Assembly: GCA_044222065.1 (NCBI GenBank)
Contig: JBGAOA010000054.1
Location: 1 to 30,080, forward strand
DNA from: Candidatus Eiseniibacteriota bacterium
Lineage (GTDB): Bacteria; Eisenbacteria; RBG-16-71-46
DNA: 30,080 bases
Direction: 5' to 3'
This document shows, piece by piece, positions 10,389-18,185 of this stretch. Within the stretch, counting starts at the first letter, position 1. Each line of letters starts with the position of its first letter. The notes below the pieces were generated by a model. That model worked only from the letters and a program-made list of their open reading frames with translations, searched no databases and was not told the DNA's origin. The translations under genes were made by a program, and so were the position numbers.

Positions 10389-11474
10389 TCAGGGAACGAC
10401 GAGAATCGAGTTCGTGCCGCCGAAGCCGTCGTCCTTCGTGGATGGATTCGCGGTATCGCTCGTCCAGCGACGGCCGTCCACGAGGAACTTGTAGGCGAAC
10501 GTTCCGGCGCCGAGCTTCTTCGTGATCGTCCACGTGCCGTCGGCCTGGCGCGTCATCGGATCGGCGGTCGTGGACCAGGCGTTGAAGTCGCCCGCGAGCA
10601 CGACGCTCGTCGCCGCACCGGCGAACGTGAAGCGCACGCCGTCGGCTCCGATCGCGGGCGGCGCGGCCTTGCCCGTGACGGCGACGGGTGCGGCGGTCGG
10701 GGCCGGCGTCGCGGCCGCCGCGCTCGACGCGCCGCCCGCGACCGTGACGACCGAGTTCTTGCCGCCGTAGCCGTCGTCCTTGTCGGACGGATTCGCGGAG
10801 TCGGTCTTCCAGTTCGTGCCGTCCACGACGAACTTGTAGGCGTACGTGCCGGGCGCGAGCGGCTTCACGATCGTCCACGTGCCGTCCGCCTGCTTCGTCA
10901 TCGGGTCGGCCGACGCGGACCAGGTGTTGAACGCGCCGGCGAGCGCGACGCTGCTCGCCGCGCCGGCGTAAGCGAAGCGCACGCCGTCCGCGCCCGCCTG
11001 CGGTCCGCCGGCCTTCGCGGGCGCGGACGCGGCCGGTGCGGCGGCGGCTGGAGCGGCCGCGGAGCCGATCACCACGATCGAGTTCTTGCCGCCGTAGCCG
11101 TCGTCCGTGTCCGTCGGGTTCGCGGAGTCGGTCTTCCAGTTCGTGCCGTCGATCACGAACTTGTAGGCGTAGCGGCCGGCCGCGAGCTTCTTCGTGAGCG
11201 TCCACGTGCCGTCCGACGTCGAGCCGAGCGGATCCGTGGTCGCGTTCCAGCTGTTGAACTCGCCGGCGACGTTCACGCGCGAGGCGGTGCCGCGGTAGAC
11301 GAACGTCACCTCGTCGCCCGAGACGTGGGTCGCGTTCTTCGAATCGGCGGCCGGGGCCGCGGCGGCCGAAGCCGCGGGTTCGCCCGGAGGCGCGCCGTTC
11401 CGCCAGCCGCCGGCGCAGCCCGCGAGCGCGAGCAGGGTGGAGGCGATCGAGACGAGACGCGTGGCGAGCTTCAT
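10389..11474 (-). CDS. Non-catalytic lipoprotein with three tandem CBM48/AMPK-type glycogen-binding modules, 361 aa
   Basis: The ATG overlaps the upstream stop (ATGA). Lipobox LAGC. Three repeats of VxxAGxFNxW...DP...DGTW...GxYAYKFVVDG..W..D..NP...DDG[YF]GG.NS separated by Ala/Pro linkers. Confidence 0.88.
   Translation of the reverse strand: MKLATRLVSIASTLLALAGCAGGWRNGAPPGEPAASAAAAPAADSKNATHVSGDEVTFVYRGTASRVNVAGEFNSWNATTDPLGSTSDGTWTLTKKLAAGRYAYKFVIDGTNWKTDSANPTDTDDGYGGKNSIVVIGSAAAPAAAAPAASAPAKAGGPQAGADGVRFAYAGAASSVALAGAFNTWSASADPMTKQADGTWTIVKPLAPGTYAYKFVVDGTNWKTDSANPSDKDDGYGGKNSVVTVAGGASSAAAATPAPTAAPVAVTGKAAPPAIGADGVRFTFAGAATSVVLAGDFNAWSTTADPMTRQADGTWTITKKLGAGTFAYKFLVDGRRWTSDTANPSTKDDGFGGTNSILVVP
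10752..11150. repeat. Intragenic duplication of CBM modules (327-bp offset)
   Basis: An identical 28-mer at 10752-10779 and 11079-11106, and an identical 32-mer at 10792-10823 and 11119-11150. Confidence 0.85.
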
Positions 11475-13111
11475 GGACGGGATCTCCTCCAGACGGGCCG
11501 CGACAGGCCGGGCGCGGGCACCGATTCGACCGAGAACGTGAGGCGGCGCTCGTCGAGCCGGAACCGGTAGTTGCCGGACGACGGGATCTGGACCTTGAGC
11601 GCCGTGCCGATGCCGGAGACGAGCCGCGTGTCGGCGTTCGTGACCGGCGCGACGATCGTGACGCTCTCGTCGCCGCCGTAGTCGGTGGGATTGTCGAACG
11701 AACCGTCGGTGACGAACTTCAGGTTGTAGGTGCCCGCGGCGATCGGGTGCGACGGCGCGTACTCCCACACCGCGAGCGCCACGAGCGACATCTGCGTCGA
11801 GTCGGCGAGCGTGAAGCCGTTGAAGTCGCCCGCGACGTGCAGGTTGCTCGAGAGTTCGTTGATGTCGGCGGCGAGCGTCACGTCCTGCGTCACGACGCTC
11901 GTGCCGACCGTCACGTCCATCGAGTCGCGCGCGAACTGCCACGCGTCCCAGCGCAGCCGGTAGGTGCCGGCGGGAAGCGACGAGAACGAGTAGGTGTTCG
12001 TGAACTTGTCCGTGACCGTCTCGCCGACCTTCGTCGCGCCCTGGAAGAGCTGCAGCGTCGTCGGCGGCCACGGCGCGCTCGCGAGGTCGGGGTGGATCGT
12101 GGGGTCCCACGCGAGCGTGCCCTGCACGCCGCCGGTCTGCGGTCCGCTCGAGACGAACGACGCCGCGATCGTGTGATTCGCCGCGACCGAGTTGAACGTG
12201 TAGCTCGTCACGGCGCCGACCGAGACCCCGTCCACGAGCACGTCGTCCACGGCGAATCCGAAATCCGGCGTGATCGTGAAGGGCTTGTTCTCGCCGCTGA
12301 ACACCGTGACGGCGCCGCTCGGGGCGATCGTGCCGCCGGCGCCCGCGCTCGCCGTGATCGCGAACGTGACCATGCCGATCGTGCCGAGGTTCGCGCCCGT
12401 GCCGCCGACCGTGACGTTCGTGAACGTGCGCGAGCCCGCGGCCGAGCGCACGAGCACGTTGTACGTGCCCGGCACGAGGTTCGCGATCGCGAACGATCCG
12501 TCCACCGTGCTCGTGTACGCGGCGTCCGACGTGCTGCCGATCGGGACGAATCCGTACGGCGCGGGCGAGGCGGTCTCGTCGAGCGTGCAGAGCAGCGGTC
12601 CGGCTTCGGCCGCGCCCACGTTCGCGACGATGTTCCCGTCCGGGCCGGCCGCTCCGAGCACGGCCTCGCCGACGAGGCCGTCCACCTGTCCGCCGGGCTT
12701 GCCGTAGTCGGGCGGATTGTCGAACGCGCCGTTCGTGACGAACTTCCATTCGAACGTGCCCGAGGGCACGGAAGTCGTGTCCACCCAGAAGCCGGGCGCG
12801 AGCTGCGTGAGGCGCGGCGACTGCGCGATGTTGAATCCGGTCGGCGTGCCCACGACCTGGATCGTCGTGAACGACGAGTGGAAGCTCGCGTTCTTGACGC
12901 GCGCGATCATCACGAGCGAGCGCGGGAACGTGCCGGGCGTTCCGAAGTCGAGCTTGCCCGAGATCACGCCGATCGCCGGCTGCGGCAGCTCGCCCGTGGG
13001 CGCGAGCAGCGTGCGGTTCGAGTTCGGGTCGCACGCGCCCGCGGCGAGCGCGAGCGCCGCGAGCGCGGGCGGGAGGGCGGAGCGGCGGAAGCGGCGAAGG
13101 AGGGCGTTCAT
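11471..13111 (-). CDS. Multidomain lipoprotein with two related CBM-like beta-sandwich modules (SusE/F-like architecture), Ig-like spacers and an InlB-B-like repeat, 546 aa
   Basis: Lipobox AGAC. Internal repeat GTFEWKFVTNGAFDNPPDYG / GTYNLKFVTDGSFDNPTDYG; LHVAGDFNGF; ITASAGAGGTIAPSGAVTV...VLVDGVSVGAVTSYTF repeat. No catalytic motif recognised. Confidence 0.75.
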   Translation of the reverse strand: MNALLRRFRRSALPPALAALALAAGACDPNSNRTLLAPTGELPQPAIGVISGKLDFGTPGTFPRSLVMIARVKNASFHSSFTTIQVVGTPTGFNIAQSPRLTQLAPGFWVDTTSVPSGTFEWKFVTNGAFDNPPDYGKPGGQVDGLVGEAVLGAAGPDGNIVANVGAAEAGPLLCTLDETASPAPYGFVPIGSTSDAAYTSTVDGSFAIANLVPGTYNVLVRSAAGSRTFTNVTVGGTGANLGTIGMVTFAITASAGAGGTIAPSGAVTVFSGENKPFTITPDFGFAVDDVLVDGVSVGAVTSYTFNSVAANHTIAASFVSSGPQTGGVQGTLAWDPTIHPDLASAPWPPTTLQLFQGATKVGETVTDKFTNTYSFSSLPAGTYRLRWDAWQFARDSMDVTVGTSVVTQDVTLAADINELSSNLHVAGDFNGFTLADSTQMSLVALAVWEYAPSHPIAAGTYNLKFVTDGSFDNPTDYGGDESVTIVAPVTNADTRLVSGIGTALKVQIPSSGNYRFRLDERRLTFSVESVPAPGLSRPVWRRSRP

Positions 13112-13513
13112 CTATCTCACCACGATGAGCGAGTTGAAACCGCCGAAGCCGTCGTCCACTCGCTGCGGGTTGTTGGGGTCTTCCTTCCACGTGACCTGGT
13201 CCACGACGTACTTGTACTGCCAGCGCCCGGCCGGAATCGGCACCGTCAGCTCCCAGATGCCGTCGCCGTCGAGATCGCGCATCTGCCCGATCAGGAAGCC
13301 GCCCGTCTGCGCCTGGCCGCGCAGCCAGTCGTTCTCGGGCCACGAGCCCGCGAGCTGCACGATCTTCGCCGAGCGCGATTCGAACCGGAACGTCACGCCC
13401 GCGGCCGACTGGGTCGGCGGCGGCAGGCGCTTCTTGATGAAGCCCATGCTGCTGCAGCCGCCCGCGGCGAGCACCGCGAGCGCGAGGAGCGGAAGCAGGA
13501 TCGAGCGTCGCAT
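13112..13513 (-). CDS. Small lipoprotein with a single CBM48/AMPK-type glycogen-binding module, 133 aa
   Basis: GGAGG RBS, MRRSILL...LAAGGC lipobox, VQLAGSW, GDGIWELTV, WQYKYVVD and VDDGFGGFNS. Confidence 0.85.
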   Translation of the reverse strand: MRRSILLPLLALAVLAAGGCSSMGFIKKRLPPPTQSAAGVTFRFESRSAKIVQLAGSWPENDWLRGQAQTGGFLIGQMRDLDGDGIWELTVPIPAGRWQYKYVVDQVTWKEDPNNPQRVDDGFGGFNSLIVVR

Positions 13514-13524
13514 TCGGGGCCTCC

Positions 13525-15678
13525 CTAGAACGTCACGATGCCGCGCAGCTGGATCCCGCGGTAGTCGCGCAGCGCGCGCTCCGCCGAGGCGATCGCCGCG
13601 CCGAGGCCGAAGTAGTCGTTCTGCGCCGTGACGGCGTTCGCGTCGAGGCCGAACAGGAACGCATCGCGGCCGATGCGCGTGTCCTCGTCCACGCCGAGCT
13701 TGTAGACGACGTTCGGATCGAGCCCGTAGCCGAGCGCGAACGTGATGCCGGGGCCGAACGTGTACTGGAGCTGGGTGTAGTTGCAGGCGTAGCCCGAGTG
13801 GAGCTGGAGCACCGGGTCGTCGTACTTCGCCCAGCGCGTGTCGCTCGTGAGCCGCGTGCGCGAGTTCACGTCGAGCCCGACGACGAACACGTTCTCGGCG
13901 TACTTGGGGAGCTTCGAGAGCGAGCGCAGGTCGTACGTTCCGCGCCACGCGAACTTCACGTTGCGCCGTCGCGCGACCGGCACTTCGAGCGACGGCCGCA
14001 CGGTCAGGACGTCGTCGCCGCCGAGCAGCGTCAGGCGGTCGAAGCTCACGACGTGCTCGCCGTGCTCGAGCCAGAAGTTGCCGTCGGGGAACCACAGCTG
14101 GTAGCTCCACGGCGTGCTGGCGTCGTAGTCGAAGTCGGTGCGCTCGATCGCGAGCCCGGTCTTGACCTCGCGGTTCAGGTAGTAGCGCCAGTTGCGGTCC
14201 CACGACAGCCGCCAGACGGTCATCGCGTTCTCGAGGCCGTCCTGCACGATCTCGTAGTCGTGGGTCTCGCGCTGGACGCTCGCGGCGACGCGGATGTCGC
14301 CGTGCGACTCGGTCCACGCGCCGCCGAGGTGGAAGCGCGTGCTGTGGTCGAGGTCGTGGTCGCGCGCGGCCGCGTTCGAAGGCTCGAGCGCCCCGACGCC
14401 GGTGATGCCGGTCGAGTCGAGCGTGGCGTCGGCCTCCGCCGACAGCACGGTCGTGACCGCGTTGAGGCGCCTCACGCCGCCGAGCAGCTCGGCGTGCGCT
14501 TCGAATCCGTGCGGCGCGTTCCAGTGCAGCTCGCCGCCGGCGCCCCACCACTCCTGGTCGTAGTTGCCGCTCGTGACGGAGAACCGGGTCGGCCCGACCG
14601 GCTCGATGAAGGCCGCCGACGTGAGATCGAAGCCGCGGTCGTTGCGCGCGAGCACGCCCGCCGTGACGCCGTGGCCGTGCGCGCGGCGCACTCGCATCGC
14701 GAACGTGTTTTCGTTCGCGTCCGAGACGACGGTATTCCGGTTGTAGGCGAGCGCGCCGGGCGCGAACACGTACTGCGTGCCGTCCCAGCGCGTCGCGATC
14801 GACGTGGGGCCGATCGTCGTCGTCACGCCCGGGTAGCTCGTCGCGCCGGTGCGGAAGTTGTCGGCGTAGTGGATCTCGGTGTCGAAGCCGAGCTTCTGCG
14901 ACGTGATCTTGAATCCCTGCCGGTCGTAGCCGAAGCGGTAGCCGTAGATGCCGACCGTGCCGAGCAGGTGGAGCGGGTCGTCCCAGCGGTCCACGCCCTC
15001 GTTGTCGTAGGCGAGGATCGTGAGGCGGTTGCCGCGGAACTCGATCCAGCCGCGCTCGAGCTCGAGCGGGCTCTGGAACAGCTGGTTCGTGCCGGTCGCG
15101 CGCGGCTGGGTGCTCAGCAGCACGCGCGCCTTCATGACGTCCGAGATCCGCACGTCGAGGTTCAGGCCGATGTCGAACTGGGGCGACTGCAGCTCGAAGC
15201 GCTTCGCGTCGGCGTTGCGCACGAGGCGGTAGTCACCGACCGCGCGGCCGCCCATGAGGATCTTCGGGCTGTAGGCCGTGTTCGACGTCGCCTGCATCGC
15301 CGTCGCGACCAGGTTCCCGTCCGCGCCGACGACGACGAAGCTGTTGCCGAAGTCGCCGCGCGTGACCGGGTTCTCGGGATCGGCGGTCCAGGTGCCGTCC
15401 ACGACGAACTTGTACTCGTGCTCGCCCGGCGGCAGCGCGACGACGACGCTCCACACGCCGCCCTCGCCCTTGCGGAGCGGATTCGCGCTCGGGTTCCAGC
15501 CGTTGAACACGCCCGCCCAGCTGACGGACTTCGCGTTCGGGTCGAGGTACGTGAAGCGGATGCCGCCCGCCGTGCGCTCGGGCGCGGCCGCGGCCGCCGA
15601 CGCGACGGCACAGACGAGGAGCGCGGCGAGCGCGAACGCGCGGCGCGAGGCGCGGAAGAGGGTCGGAAGGTCGGTCAT
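13525..15678 (-). CDS. Putative outer-membrane beta-barrel with an N-terminal CBM48/AMPK-type module, 717 aa
   Basis: Signal peptide; CBM module (VSWAGVFNGWNP...GEHEYKFVVDGTWTADPEN); amphipathic aromatic-rich beta-strands; C-terminal beta-signal-like GIQLRGIVTF. Confidence 0.75.
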   Translation of the reverse strand: MTDLPTLFRASRRAFALAALLVCAVASAAAAAPERTAGGIRFTYLDPNAKSVSWAGVFNGWNPSANPLRKGEGGVWSVVVALPPGEHEYKFVVDGTWTADPENPVTRGDFGNSFVVVGADGNLVATAMQATSNTAYSPKILMGGRAVGDYRLVRNADAKRFELQSPQFDIGLNLDVRISDVMKARVLLSTQPRATGTNQLFQSPLELERGWIEFRGNRLTILAYDNEGVDRWDDPLHLLGTVGIYGYRFGYDRQGFKITSQKLGFDTEIHYADNFRTGATSYPGVTTTIGPTSIATRWDGTQYVFAPGALAYNRNTVVSDANENTFAMRVRRAHGHGVTAGVLARNDRGFDLTSAAFIEPVGPTRFSVTSGNYDQEWWGAGGELHWNAPHGFEAHAELLGGVRRLNAVTTVLSAEADATLDSTGITGVGALEPSNAAARDHDLDHSTRFHLGGAWTESHGDIRVAASVQRETHDYEIVQDGLENAMTVWRLSWDRNWRYYLNREVKTGLAIERTDFDYDASTPWSYQLWFPDGNFWLEHGEHVVSFDRLTLLGGDDVLTVRPSLEVPVARRRNVKFAWRGTYDLRSLSKLPKYAENVFVVGLDVNSRTRLTSDTRWAKYDDPVLQLHSGYACNYTQLQYTFGPGITFALGYGLDPNVVYKLGVDEDTRIGRDAFLFGLDANAVTAQNDYFGLGAAIASAERALRDYRGIQLRGIVTF

Positions 15679-15708
15679 CGTCGGCTCCGGGGCGCGCGAA
15701 GCGGCCCG

Positions 15709-17238
15709 CTAGAAGTTGCCCTTCAGGATGAACTTGATCATGTCGAACTGGTCGCCGCTGCCCTCGAGGTCGCCGTCGTCCACCGGCGTGGCGGAGTCGC
15801 CGATCCACCCGGGGCCGTACTCGAGGAACATCACGACGTTCGGGCTCGGGTAGTACTGCAGCTGGCTGAAGATGCCCTTGCGCAGCCGGTTCGGGTCGTT
15901 CCCGAACGTGTAGCGGTTGTACGTCTTGATCTTGTCCGTCAGGTTGATGCGGGTCTCGAGCGAGTAGAGCTGCTTGCGCGTCGGCTGGCCGACGTCCTTC
16001 ACCTTGCTCTGCACGCGCATCCACGCGAGCCGGCTCTCGACCTGCAGCTCGTTGAACCAGTCGTCGTGCTCCTCGAGGCTGAAGCGCGAACCGACCGTGA
16101 AGCGGCGGATGTCCTTCTGCCGGAAGTACGTCTTGCCCGTGAAGCCGTTCACGAACTCGACGTAGGCCTCGTTGTAGAACTCGACGTCCTCGCGCCGCTC
16201 GTAGGCGTTCTTCGACCAGCGCCCGTAGTTCGACGTGAGCGTGACGGCGCGGTCCGGGAGCAGGTACCAGCTGTTGATGCGGTAGCCGATCTCGTCGCGG
16301 TTCGCGTCGCCCGTGCGGTTCTCGAAGCGCGGTCCGCGGCGCCAGTAGAACGGCGCGACGTTCAGGTAGCCGAGCTTCGGCGTGCCCACGTGGAGCGAGC
16401 GGATCTCGGCGACGAGCACGCCGCGGTCGGGGAGGTGCAGCCCGGTCGGCCAGCGGAACAGCGACAGGTTGCGGCCGAGCGCCTCGGGGAACGCGTAGTC
16501 CGAGCGCGGCGAGGTGTTGAGCGGCGCGGTGCTCTGCGCGTACTCGAGCGAGAAATCCACGTCGCGGTAGTTGAATCGCGAGTCGAACGCCACGACCTCG
16601 GAGCGCTCGGGCACCGCGCCCGCGCGCCGGTCCTCCTTGCGCGCGAACGTCGTCCCGAGCCGCAGGCGCTTCTGCAGGAACTCGCGCTTGAGCCGCGCCG
16701 CGTACACGCCCGCGACGTCGTCGCTCGCGATCGCCTGCCCGTTCGCGCCGAGGTAGCCCCAGCTCTCGAGCCTCAGCCCCTGCGCGTTCGGGCCGAAGAA
16801 GTCGCGCTTCAGCACGTCGCTCTTCACGACCTCGATCAGGTACTTCTCGATGTAGAAACGGTCCTGGCGCGAGAACAGGTAGCTGTCCACGCCGCGCGTG
16901 CCCTGGTCCCAGCGGAAGCGCACGTGCGACTCGCGGAACTGCACCTGCGGGCGCGAGCCGCTGTTGTACGTGGGGTTCCAGTCGGTCTCGAACTTCATGA
17001 ACGCTTCGACGCCCGCGCGCGGCTGCGAAAAGATCCGCAGCTGCGCGTTGTTGAAGTTGTCGCTGTTGTTGCTGTCGAAGTCCCACGGGTAGTTGCGCTG
17101 CTGCGTGGACTTCCGCATGTCCAGCATGAGCTGGTACTCGCCCTCGATCTTCGTGAGCGCGAACGCCGGCGCGGCGAGCGCGAGGGCGAACGCGGCGAGC
17201 GCGAGCGGCGCGGCCCCGGCGGTGCGGCGGACGGTCAC
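15709..17238 (-). CDS. Putative outer-membrane beta-barrel protein of unknown family, 509 aa
   Basis: The GTG overlaps the upstream stop (GTGA). Signal peptide ending AAPAFA; alternating-pattern beta-strands; C-terminal MIKFILKGNF ending in Phe. Confidence 0.75.
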   Translation of the reverse strand: MTVRRTAGAAPLALAAFALALAAPAFALTKIEGEYQLMLDMRKSTQQRNYPWDFDSNNSDNFNNAQLRIFSQPRAGVEAFMKFETDWNPTYNSGSRPQVQFRESHVRFRWDQGTRGVDSYLFSRQDRFYIEKYLIEVVKSDVLKRDFFGPNAQGLRLESWGYLGANGQAIASDDVAGVYAARLKREFLQKRLRLGTTFARKEDRRAGAVPERSEVVAFDSRFNYRDVDFSLEYAQSTAPLNTSPRSDYAFPEALGRNLSLFRWPTGLHLPDRGVLVAEIRSLHVGTPKLGYLNVAPFYWRRGPRFENRTGDANRDEIGYRINSWYLLPDRAVTLTSNYGRWSKNAYERREDVEFYNEAYVEFVNGFTGKTYFRQKDIRRFTVGSRFSLEEHDDWFNELQVESRLAWMRVQSKVKDVGQPTRKQLYSLETRINLTDKIKTYNRYTFGNDPNRLRKGIFSQLQYYPSPNVVMFLEYGPGWIGDSATPVDDGDLEGSGDQFDMIKFILKGNF

Positions 17239-18185
17239 GGCTGCGCCCTCCGCCCGGTCCAGTGGAGCCCGGCGCGGTAGGAGGCGCCGAGCGTCGGGTG
17301 CGTCGAGACCGCGCCGTCCACTTCCCAGCCGCGATGGCGCACGCCGATGCCGCCCGTGAAGTCGAACTCGGAGGCGCCGTTGAGCGTGGTCGCGTCCACG
17401 ACGCCCTGCAGGTGAGTGAAGCCCGAGCGCAGCGCGAAAACGTCGTAGAACCAGATCTCGACGCCGCCGTTGATCGTGCCCTCGCCGGTGCGTTCCGACT
17501 GCGTCCAGCCGAGGTTCACGGTGGACTGCGGGTTCCAGCGGTAGGCCGCGGTGAGTTCCTGAAGGCGCGGCAGGCGGAACGCCCCGCCGCCGTCCACGAC
17601 GTCGAGTTCGGAGCCGATCAGGTTGCGGCTCACCCACGCGAAGTCCACGTTCCACGGCGTCGTCCAGCGCGCGCCGAGGTCCGAGTCGAACGCGGACGCC
17701 GAGCCGTAGTCGACGGCCGCTCCGGTCGCGGGATCGGCGAAGCTCGAGAAGCCGGCGCGCTGGAGCTTGAGCGAGAGCCCCAGCTCGAGCGCGTGGCCGC
17801 GGCGGGGCAGCGTGAAACGCCGGCCGCCCGCGAGCGCGAACAGGTCCTCCGCGAACGCGCCGCTCACGCCGAGCCGGTGCCAGCCGAGCGCGAGTCCGGT
17901 CTCGCGCCAGCGGCCCGCGACGGACAGCGCGCTCTCGGTCAGGTCGGGGACGCCGTAGGGCGAGGAGACGTCGAGCAGCGCCTCGCGCGTCGTCACGCCC
18001 GCGAGCGCCGCGGGATTCCAGTACCACGCGCCGGGCCCGCGGATCGTCGCGCCCGCGGCGCCGCCCATCGCGAGCGCGCGGGCGTCCACGCGCGTCTCCT
18101 CGAAGTAGGCGTCGGCGGGACGCGCGAGCGCCGCGCACGCGATCGCCGCGAGCAGCGTCGCGATGCGCCGGACGCCGGCGTTCAT
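17235..18185 (-). CDS. PorV/PorQ/PorP-like (FadL-fold) outer-membrane barrel, 316 aa
   Basis: ATGA overlap with the upstream gene; signal peptide; N-terminal DARALAMGGA...YWNPAALA motif typical of PorV/FadL-like barrels; GVEIWFYDVFALRSG near the C-terminus. Confidence 0.72.
   Translation of the reverse strand: MNAGVRRIATLLAAIACAALARPADAYFEETRVDARALAMGGAAGATIRGPGAWYWNPAALAGVTTREALLDVSSPYGVPDLTESALSVAGRWRETGLALGWHRLGVSGAFAEDLFALAGGRRFTLPRRGHALELGLSLKLQRAGFSSFADPATGAAVDYGSASAFDSDLGARWTTPWNVDFAWVSRNLIGSELDVVDGGGAFRLPRLQELTAAYRWNPQSTVNLGWTQSERTGEGTINGGVEIWFYDVFALRSGFTHLQGVVDATTLNGASEFDFTGGIGVRHRGWEVDGAVSTHPTLGASYRAGLHWTGRRAQP

Noticed and set aside
7516..10494. 992-aa plus-strand ORF, and similar long ORFs such as 13798-17280 (+), 2549-4786 (-), 24278-26428 (+) and 26312-29758 (-)
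   Set aside because: These are Arg/Ala-rich shadow frames overlapping well-supported genes, as expected at this GC content, and they carry no recognisable motifs.
9646..11106. 28-nt sequence repeated three times, considered as a CRISPR repeat
   Set aside because: The copies are in-frame coding sequence for DDGYGGKNS, spaced by hundreds of bases, and no cas genes are present.
13525..17238. SusC/TonB-dependent receptor or LamB assignment for the barrels
   Set aside because: I recognised no plug-domain or TonB-receptor C-terminal motifs, no adjacent SusD-like helical lipoprotein and no LamB motifs. This was judged by eye only.
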